Source: a virus (taxonomy: Duplodnaviria > Caudoviricetes). From it: a DNA stretch of 24,016 nt. Under the pieces are notes generated by a model that was given only the letters and a program-made list of their open reading frames with translations, was not told the origin of the DNA and did not search any database. The stretch is from the IMG/VR virus record IMGVR_UViG_3300037991_003682, positions 1 to 24,016 of that record. One strand, 5' to 3'. Shown here piece after piece: positions 15,586 to 22,982 of this stretch (position 1 is the stretch's first letter; each line of letters opens with the position of its first letter). The position numbers and the translations under genes are program-made.

Positions 15586-16908
15586 TTATAAAACTAGATT
15601 TTGTGAGAATTTAAATTTAACAGGATATTTATTATCTCTGCTCATAATTCTCTCAATATCTAGTAAAGTTTGTTTACCGTCTTCTTTTGAAAAGTCAAAT
15701 AATATAGCATCATACGTGTATAAAGCTATCTTAGTCTTCTTATCTTTCAAATATCTTAATACATCCTTTAAAATTAAAATATTATTAGATGTTTCTAATG
15801 ATTGCATCATATAATTCATTAATTTAGCAGGATTCATCCTTTTAAGTTTACTAGTAAAAGGTTTATCTGATTGCGGATTACATACCTCACCGGTATCTTG
15901 GTATATTTTCCACATATTATCAATATACTCTTGTATTAATTTAAAAATCTCTAAATTTTTATGTTTTTTTGGTATTTTTCCATAGATTGCTTGGAAATTT
16001 AACTGTTTTGCTTCTGAATATTCTTCTTCAGTTATTTCTTCTTTGTTAAAGTATAATTTCGCAAGCTGTTTATGAGCTGATTCCTCATTTAACCTATAGT
16101 TAATCTGATCACAAAGTAAACGCAAGTGATAACCGTCAAAATCAAACTCAACAAACTTGTCGTTTTGAGGTTTGAAACACTTTCGATGTTTCTCAGATTT
16201 AGGAATAGCAGCGAAATTAATGCTATTATGAGCATTAGTAGGTCTAGACGTTGCATTGTATAAATTATATGATGTTAATACTGTATTGTTATAAATATTA
16301 TATAAAGGATTCTTTGGTTTAAATAATTCGTTAAAAGCATTATAAAAAATACCTAATCCTTGCTGCTCAATTAAATAAAATACATTGCTGCAAGTTTCAT
16401 TATAAAAATCGAACCCTTTTGGTATATCTTTTTCTAAAATATCTTTTATCTTACTAAAATTTTCTTCGCATTTTTCATGATGCTTCGATAAAGGTATAAG
16501 TTTATTAATATCTTTAAAATTAGAATTTTTACTATAAAAATAGTTATAAGTCTTATTACTATGAAAAATATCCAATCTATCATACTCTATCATAGAATAT
16601 AGTAATGAAATATCGATTAATCCACGGGTATTAAAGTGATATATAAAGTCTTTTCTATTTAATGTATAAAGAGTATCGAATGTATCTAGAACTTGGGAGA
16701 CACGGTTTTTTGAAATATTAATACCTTCGTCGTGTTCCACAGGAATAATGTAACCTTTATCAGATTCTAAAGGTCTAATATATAGAGCAACAGTAGTAGA
16801 AAGTTTAGGATGAATATTATCGTTATTAGAAATAACTTCTACGTAACCTTTTTTACCATAACTTTTTAGTTTCTCTATCTGATTATCAGATTCAACTATA
16901 TAAAACAT
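15586..16908 (-). CDS. polA: Compact, divergent family A DNA polymerase
   Basis: EQQGLGI, NATSRPTN..INFAAIPK (TGRLSS..PNLQNIP-like), motif A EFDFDGYHLRLL, motif B AKQLNFQAIYG, NYMMQS, motif C YTYDAILFD. Confidence 0.85.
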   Translation of the reverse strand: MFYIVESDNQIEKLKSYGKKGYVEVISNNDNIHPKLSTTVALYIRPLESDKGYIIPVEHDEGINISKNRVSQVLDTFDTLYTLNRKDFIYHFNTRGLIDISLLYSMIEYDRLDIFHSNKTYNYFYSKNSNFKDINKLIPLSKHHEKCEENFSKIKDILEKDIPKGFDFYNETCSNVFYLIEQQGLGIFYNAFNELFKPKNPLYNIYNNTVLTSYNLYNATSRPTNAHNSINFAAIPKSEKHRKCFKPQNDKFVEFDFDGYHLRLLCDQINYRLNEESAHKQLAKLYFNKEEITEEEYSEAKQLNFQAIYGKIPKKHKNLEIFKLIQEYIDNMWKIYQDTGEVCNPQSDKPFTSKLKRMNPAKLMNYMMQSLETSNNILILKDVLRYLKDKKTKIALYTYDAILFDFSKEDGKQTLLDIERIMSRDNKYPVKFKFSQNLVL

Positions 16909-16927
16909 TTAATAACAACCTTTTTAC

Positions 16928-16959
16928 TAATATATAAAAAATAATTTTAAGAAACAACT
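16928..16959 (-). promoter_or_regulatory. Putative promoter, class A (AGTTG-N20-TATATTA)
   Basis: Minus strand AGTTG-TTTCTTAAAATTATTTTTTA-TATATTA at the boundary of the structural and replication modules. Confidence 0.7.
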
Positions 16960-17994
16960 TTAATAAGAAGAACTTCCAGCTTGACCTGAGGATTGACCTA
17001 ATTGTGCTACTTGTTGTTCTAATGCTGCTATTCTTTGTCTATCAGTATCTCTATCTTCTTGTAATTGTTCGATAGTTTCTTTTTGTTCTTCTTCGTACCT
17101 TTCTTTTTCTTCAGATGCTGTTTTAGCTTCATCCATTTTTTTCTTCTGTTTAGCGTCTATTATATCTTCTTCTTTAATAGCAGATGCTCTTGGAGGTTTA
17201 GGGTCAAAGGTAAACTCTTCTTCAGGTTGAGGTTTAAGTATAGGAGGTAAGATAGATTTAGGACCTTTAAACATTTCTGGAAAAGGTACTAACTTATCAT
17301 GCTTTTTAGCTACATGAACTGCTCCAACCATAGCTCCTTCAGAAGGGTGTATATGATAAGGACCTACGTATTCTTGTCCTGTTCTTTTATTAACAAATTC
17401 TTTACCGTTAGTAAATAGATTTTCTCTAACTTTAGGTCTTTTAGGTTTAGGTAACTGAGATATTTCACTGTCTGATAATACAAACTGACCGGGGTCTTTT
17501 AATATCTGAGCTCCAATACCTGGTAATATTTTTTCTGCTTGATTTATTACATCTTGATTTTTAGATTCAGTACCAGGATGTAAGTAGCCATTTATCAATT
17601 GATCTTTTTTAGGTCCAGTTACATACCATTCTATCCTTAAAATTCTTCTATATAATTTATCTGCGTCTTTTTCAGCTCTATAACTATCTTTTTTAACTTC
17701 TATAATTTTCTCATTTCGAGAATCTTTAATGAAAAATCTTGGAAAAGAACCTTTTGCATAATCTTTAGAATTAGGAGGATTAAGTTGATTAACAAATTGT
17801 TTATCAGCAGGAGTTGCAGCACCTAAATCTACTAATTGATCATTTTCAGCATCTAAACCTGCAGGAGAACTACCTTTGAATGCTCTTCCTAAAAAGTCTT
17901 TTATTATACCACCAGCAAAGTTTCCTCCTCCGGGTAGAGCGAATGCTCCTGGTTTTGCTACGTCTTTTAAAAATTTAAATTTAGGTAAATACAT
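16960..17994 (-). CDS. Hypothetical protein ending the baseplate cluster, with Pro-rich linker and C-terminal coiled coil
   Basis: 344-aa ORF starting 4 nt after the hub gene stop; charged heptad tail (EEQKETIEQLQEDRDTDRQRIAALEQQVAQL). Confidence 0.7.
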   Translation of the reverse strand: MYLPKFKFLKDVAKPGAFALPGGGNFAGGIIKDFLGRAFKGSSPAGLDAENDQLVDLGAATPADKQFVNQLNPPNSKDYAKGSFPRFFIKDSRNEKIIEVKKDSYRAEKDADKLYRRILRIEWYVTGPKKDQLINGYLHPGTESKNQDVINQAEKILPGIGAQILKDPGQFVLSDSEISQLPKPKRPKVRENLFTNGKEFVNKRTGQEYVGPYHIHPSEGAMVGAVHVAKKHDKLVPFPEMFKGPKSILPPILKPQPEEEFTFDPKPPRASAIKEEDIIDAKQKKKMDEAKTASEEKERYEEEQKETIEQLQEDRDTDRQRIAALEQQVAQLGQSSGQAGSSSY

Positions 17995-17998
17995 CTTA

Positions 17999-20143
17999 TT
18001 ATCCTTGATCAGTTGTGTCTGCGTTTTTTAAAGGGTAAAATTGAGTCCCTACACTTGTTTTCCATTTCATATCTGTCCCTATTTCATGACTGACACCTGT
18101 AATTATAAAACCAAAACGGTTATATTTTTTAGGTAGTATTCCTTGATTTATTTTAAAACTACTTCCTATAACAAATCCTTGTATACCGTCTAAATCCATA
18201 CTTAATTCTACCGGTACAACTCCTAAAGTAGGATCACTAGTAGATTTTTTAGCTTTATAACTAACTAGTTCAGCTGTTGCATCTGCTCTAAACTTAGTTA
18301 AAAAAGCTGGGTCAAAGTTTTTATTTCCTTTATTATTAAAATTATCATATACTTCTTCAAAGCCTTCTACAAATTTTTTCCTTCTATCTGCTTTTTTAGC
18401 TTCGGAGTTAGTATCATCAGCAGTTTTAGCTTCTCCTTGTTCTTTTACAGGCATATGTCTATCTATAGCTCCTCTATTCCAATTCATCATTACGGATAAA
18501 TCTTCCTGAGAAGTTGCAGACTTTGTACTTTGAGCTGCTATAGCTACTTGATTTGCTATATTAGAGCTAATCTTACTACTTACATTGAGACCGAAAACAG
18601 TAGAACTTAATCCAAATACATCTATCTGTTCAGGATTTTTAGCCTTTTGACCATTTCTATCAACTATAGTAAACTTACCTTTATAATCTCCTTCATGGTG
18701 ATAAGCAACATCTAATTCAGGAATACCTCCTAATGCTTCATTAACCTGGCCGAGTATACCTTGTATAAAGTCCATCATTCCTTTATTTTCATTTATATCA
18801 CCAACCATAAATTGCTCGGCTACTGCTTTTATAGTAGTGCTACAGACCATTATATCTAATACATTTTTAGATTTTCCTCCTACGTAACTTTGCATCCTAG
18901 TATGAAGATCTTTCATTTTTCCAGGTCTTAATTTACATTCTTTTAAATTTTTATCAGGATTGCTAGAAGGAGGATAAGGCAATACACATATAGAAGGGTC
19001 GATTGAAAAAGAAACATCAGACATAGAATGTTTATTGTTAACTCCTCTAGTAACAAATAAAGCATCTGCAGATTTTCCTGGGTTAGATAATGCTATAAAT
19101 GAATTATAAATCATTAATAAACCTCTTAAAGGCATGAAAAATATATCTATTTCAGCTCCATCTTTATCTTCTTGATGCATCATAAAAATATCTACATCTC
19201 CTCTTAATTTATTTGCTACAGTATTTGCATCATTTCCTCTTAAAGCTTCTTTTAAACTCTTTACTTTAGCTCCTCCGTAATTATTTAAGTTATCAGTACC
19301 CCTTTCAACTATATAATGAAAAAGTGATTTAGTTTCTTCTTCTACTTCATCTTCTTTTTCATCAGATTTAATTTCAGATGAAGGAATAATATCAGTCATT
19401 TTAGCACCCTTAAGTCCTTCCAATACTGTTCCTCTAGATAGTATCTTTACACTGCAGTCATAAGAACCGTCATTATTAAAATTCCAATCAAAATTAACTA
19501 TATAACCAAACATTCCATCATAGTTACCGTCAAACTGTAATCGTTTTTGTTGGACTAACTCGTCTATTCCATTAAAAGATTTTGGACTAAAGAAAACATT
19601 ATCATCAATAGCATTAGCCGCTGAAGCATATTGAATTTTACCGCCATTGTCAACGTACACACTATTACCCCATTCTAATAGTACACTATAACCTGGTCTA
19701 AAATAAAGTTTTTCAATTATATTGAAATCATCTATAGAAAATACTTTAAATTTTACTACTGCTTCAAGTAAAGTACCAAAAGTATTTTTTGACTGTACTG
19801 ATATACTAGTAATTCCTGGTTTAGGTCTATAACCGTATAGAGAATCAGTAGAGTATAAAGCATTACCTCCTCCAACTCCTGCTCTATTAGGAGCATTAGA
19901 TAATTTATAATTTTTAGCTTTAGTATTTTTTCCGCTACTTTTTCTATTAGCTATAGCAGTAAATACTGCAAGAGATGCCTTTTCTGGGATAGTATCAACA
20001 CTCGATCTCATTAATATCCATGCTGATTTCGAAGATAAAAATCTAAGATCTTTTTCATCTTTAGCTTTTTTATCAAAAATCTTTTGTCTTTCTCTTAACT
20101 GAGCAGTGACGTTAGTACTTATTGATCCTCCGATTGATGACAT
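17999..20143 (-). CDS. Putative baseplate hub protein (T4 gp27 / GpD-like)
   Basis: Follows the LysM-like wedge gene. N-terminal PKPGITSISV..LYFRPGYSVLLEWG and C-terminal PVELSMDLDGI..FIITGVSHEI..WKTSV patterns typical of hub proteins. Confidence 0.6.
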   Translation of the reverse strand: MSSIGGSISTNVTAQLRERQKIFDKKAKDEKDLRFLSSKSAWILMRSSVDTIPEKASLAVFTAIANRKSSGKNTKAKNYKLSNAPNRAGVGGGNALYSTDSLYGYRPKPGITSISVQSKNTFGTLLEAVVKFKVFSIDDFNIIEKLYFRPGYSVLLEWGNSVYVDNGGKIQYASAANAIDDNVFFSPKSFNGIDELVQQKRLQFDGNYDGMFGYIVNFDWNFNNDGSYDCSVKILSRGTVLEGLKGAKMTDIIPSSEIKSDEKEDEVEEETKSLFHYIVERGTDNLNNYGGAKVKSLKEALRGNDANTVANKLRGDVDIFMMHQEDKDGAEIDIFFMPLRGLLMIYNSFIALSNPGKSADALFVTRGVNNKHSMSDVSFSIDPSICVLPYPPSSNPDKNLKECKLRPGKMKDLHTRMQSYVGGKSKNVLDIMVCSTTIKAVAEQFMVGDINENKGMMDFIQGILGQVNEALGGIPELDVAYHHEGDYKGKFTIVDRNGQKAKNPEQIDVFGLSSTVFGLNVSSKISSNIANQVAIAAQSTKSATSQEDLSVMMNWNRGAIDRHMPVKEQGEAKTADDTNSEAKKADRRKKFVEGFEEVYDNFNNKGNKNFDPAFLTKFRADATAELVSYKAKKSTSDPTLGVVPVELSMDLDGIQGFVIGSSFKINQGILPKKYNRFGFIITGVSHEIGTDMKWKTSVGTQFYPLKNADTTDQG

Positions 20144-20445
20144 TACCTAGTTCGATTTAGTTCTTCATAAGCAGTTTGATGCTTTAATGGATTATCTGGT
20201 ATTCTCAACTGAACCCCAGGTTTACAGACAAGCCCGTCGGTTTTAGAAGTATTTGCTGAGGCGATTATCCACCAATAAGAACTATCTCCGTAAAACTGTT
20301 GAGCTAAAGTATCATATCTGTCTCCTCCTGTTGTAATAACGTATATATCGTCTTCAGATAACGGTATATCAGGATAAACAGAATTCAAATAATATCTTCT
20401 GCCTTTTAAATCTTTTTTTATTTCTATGTTACTATATCTTCCCAT
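20143..20445 (-). CDS. LysM-like baseplate wedge protein (T4 gp53 / P2 gpX-like)
   Basis: YVITTGGDRYDTLAQQFYGDSSYWWIIASAN..PGVQLRIP. Confidence 0.8.
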   Translation of the reverse strand: MGRYSNIEIKKDLKGRRYYLNSVYPDIPLSEDDIYVITTGGDRYDTLAQQFYGDSSYWWIIASANTSKTDGLVCKPGVQLRIPDNPLKHQTAYEELNRTR

Positions 20446-22739
20446 TATCCAATATATGTTCCTCTTGTAGTAGGTGCAAAGTTATGAATAGGAGTAAATC
20501 CAATATCTACATTTAGTATATGAGGTACTTTTAATTCACCACTATCTTCTAAATCTATTTCCCAAGGATAAGCTACATCCCATGATAAACCTACTGATTT
20601 AATAAACCCGTTAGTCTCTTTTAAATAATCACCTATTGTTATTCTAGTTAAAGTTCCTCTCATAAATGCTCCATTTGAATCATAAGTAGGAGCAGTAGTA
20701 CCTGCTAATAAGTTAATTTTTTTATATAAAGGTTTTAATTCGTCTTTAGATAAAGCAGCTATTTTAAATGCAAAAGAAACATCTCTTGAAAAACCAGTAT
20801 AATTATAAACATCTTCGGCTCTACCTACATATTTAGTACCTTGCCAATCTCCTGTATAGTTATCACTTAATGAATCTAAAAATGCTCTAAAGTATAAAAA
20901 ATTATTAGTATCATCACCTTCCATTACTTTAAATTCAAAAGGTATAATTTGAGATTTTTTTGCTTCTACATTTTCAGAAGCAGATTCAGCTAACCTATTA
21001 ATATAATCTACTGGATTAGCACTAGGCGTAGATTGATCTCTCATTTTCCTTTTAGTAGGAATAAATAAAGGATCGGTTATATAATTTTTACTTCCACCTT
21101 TAGGTACATACGCAGTTTTAAAATTAGCTACTTTTTCTCTTTGTTCTTTAGTTTTAGGAGTAAAATTAGATTTAATATTTTTTTGTTCATCTACAGAAAG
21201 AGAAATATCTTTATCTCCTTGTAAACGATTATTTGCATCATATGTAAAAGTACCATCTGTTTCAGGTTTAGGTATTTGTCTTTTATCATCAGGAACATTT
21301 TCGTCAGTTATACTTATAAAGCTATTAGGATCTTTTCTATCATCTAATGCATCTTTATCTAAGTATTTAGTCTTATCATTTCCTTCGTCATCTTTTAGAT
21401 TTCTTTCTACAAAGTTTTTAGTACCTTCTTTTAATTTACTTGAAGGATGTTCTTCTAATTCAGTATTTAATTTTGTATTAGTTCTACCGTCTAAAGTAGG
21501 AGTATTTTTAGTAGGAATTAAATTACCAAATGCAATTTTGTCTTTTTCATTACCGTCTACATCAGTAGATTGGTTTAACAAAGTAGGATCAGCAGTAGCT
21601 TCTGATTCTCCGTTTTCAGCAGTAGTTTCTTTAGGTTTTACTAAACTTCTACCATCTTGTTCTAAATAATTTACAGGCTTACCTGCATCAGAACCTGCAC
21701 CTTCTGTTTTAGTTAATTCAGCATCTTTATTAGGTCTAGTTCTATCTTTAAGCATTGCTGGATTATCAGGAGAGCCTTGACCTATAAAATCTTCACCGCT
21801 TTGTTGTTTATTTAAGTTAGCTAAAGTATAATTTTTAGATTCTTTATCAGTTCTTTTAACTGTTGTTGATTTAATTTTAGAAAATACATCACTAACTCCT
21901 GTATATCCTTGAACACCGGTTTGCGGATCTCCTCCATCTCCTGTGTTTTTAGCATCACCTGCTCCAGATGGATTTTTTTTCTTTTTTCCAATACCTAAAA
22001 AGCTACCAATAGATTTAGCTGCTGAACCTATATCATCTATTAACTGACCGCTTTTAACATCGTCTATTATTTGTTTACCTAATCCAGTTAATCCTACTGG
22101 TCCACCGAAACTATCATTACCAGGTGTTAAGTCGTACTTACTATTGAGAAGAACATCTTTACCATCATAAAATAAGGAAGCTGCGGAAGGTGAAAATTTA
22201 TCTTCTTTATCTCCTAACCCATCATATGTATCATTTGCATTTCCAATAGGTTGACCGTTAATTGCTTTACCTGCTCCTTTTATACCTCCAGTATCTCCTA
22301 TACCAAGATTATTTAGCATAAAGTTGGCAAACTTTTTTCCTGATCCTCCTTCAGTAGTATTTTTAAGGTAGGTAAATCCATTAAAGCCATAGATTAAGTG
22401 GGTCCCAGTACCATTTACTGGAACTTGAGCTAGAGTAGCTCCTATGACTTTAGCTGTATTACCAACCGTACCTAATGCTTTTGTTATAAGATTACCTTGC
22501 TGAGTAGTTGCTGTTAAAAGTCCTAAATTAGTAGTAAATTTTCTACCAGGTTTAGAACTTGTAATTAACTTAGTTATTCTCTTTACATCATCAGTTCTTG
22601 CATTTAACTGAGTTGTGCGAGGTCCATCTTCATTATACTCAGGTAAATCTTTCTTAACGAAAGGTTCTTGAGTATTGAATTCAGTATTAGACAGGCTGCG
22701 TAAATCGCTAGTTAAAGATATTAAAGGCCCCTGCGGCAT
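20445..22739 (-). CDS. Putative baseplate / tail-tube initiator protein (gp48/gp54-like C-terminal domain) with long low-complexity middle
   Basis: C-terminal ~165 aa FRAFLDSLSDNYTGDW..YVGRAEDVYNYTGFSRDVSFAFKI..ITIGDY..GFIKSV..VPHILNVDIGFTPI is tube-fold-like; lies between tape measure and LysM genes. Confidence 0.55.
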   Translation of the reverse strand: MPQGPLISLTSDLRSLSNTEFNTQEPFVKKDLPEYNEDGPRTTQLNARTDDVKRITKLITSSKPGRKFTTNLGLLTATTQQGNLITKALGTVGNTAKVIGATLAQVPVNGTGTHLIYGFNGFTYLKNTTEGGSGKKFANFMLNNLGIGDTGGIKGAGKAINGQPIGNANDTYDGLGDKEDKFSPSAASLFYDGKDVLLNSKYDLTPGNDSFGGPVGLTGLGKQIIDDVKSGQLIDDIGSAAKSIGSFLGIGKKKKNPSGAGDAKNTGDGGDPQTGVQGYTGVSDVFSKIKSTTVKRTDKESKNYTLANLNKQQSGEDFIGQGSPDNPAMLKDRTRPNKDAELTKTEGAGSDAGKPVNYLEQDGRSLVKPKETTAENGESEATADPTLLNQSTDVDGNEKDKIAFGNLIPTKNTPTLDGRTNTKLNTELEEHPSSKLKEGTKNFVERNLKDDEGNDKTKYLDKDALDDRKDPNSFISITDENVPDDKRQIPKPETDGTFTYDANNRLQGDKDISLSVDEQKNIKSNFTPKTKEQREKVANFKTAYVPKGGSKNYITDPLFIPTKRKMRDQSTPSANPVDYINRLAESASENVEAKKSQIIPFEFKVMEGDDTNNFLYFRAFLDSLSDNYTGDWQGTKYVGRAEDVYNYTGFSRDVSFAFKIAALSKDELKPLYKKINLLAGTTAPTYDSNGAFMRGTLTRITIGDYLKETNGFIKSVGLSWDVAYPWEIDLEDSGELKVPHILNVDIGFTPIHNFAPTTRGTYIG

Positions 22740-22748
22740 AATGTATTA

Positions 22749-22946
22749 TTATTTTTCTGGATTCTGATACTTTTCAGGAGTTGAACCATCTAAATCAAAT
22801 ACTGAATGCTCTCCTTTCATAATAGTAGGTTTACTACCTTGAGCATGTAGTTGTGATTCTGAACTAGCACCTGGTCTATTTTCTGGTGTTAAACCAGATA
22901 AACCTAAAGCACTCACTCCTTTTTGTAATTTATCTAATATTCCCAT
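22749..22946 (-). CDS. Small hypothetical protein in the tail module
   Basis: 65 aa; class B motif upstream; fills the gap between tape measure and baseplate genes. Confidence 0.7.
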   Translation of the reverse strand: MGILDKLQKGVSALGLSGLTPENRPGASSESQLHAQGSKPTIMKGEHSVFDLDGSTPEKYQNPEK

Positions 22947-22972
22947 GATTAAAAAATTTAAATTTAGTTTAT

Positions 22973-22982
22973 TATAAATAGC
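22973..22982 (-). promoter_or_regulatory. Putative promoter, class B (GCTATTTATA)
   Basis: Immediately after the tape measure stop and upstream of the baseplate genes. Confidence 0.65.

Noticed and set aside
8650-16626. Recurring TCCACG hexamer (near 8650, 13120, 14059, 16621) as a shared island motif
   Set aside because: Four copies noticed is close to the rough chance expectation for 24 kb, and most islands lack it.
8030-16908. Inteins or introns in nrdA, nrdB, helicase, uvsX or polA
   Set aside because: All are normal or short in length with contiguous motifs; no splice-junction or homing endonuclease motifs were seen.
17065-17250. 61-aa Phe-rich + strand ORF
   Set aside because: Antisense to the Glu/Lys-rich (GAA/AAA) coiled-coil coding region, so the Phe richness is a complement artefact.
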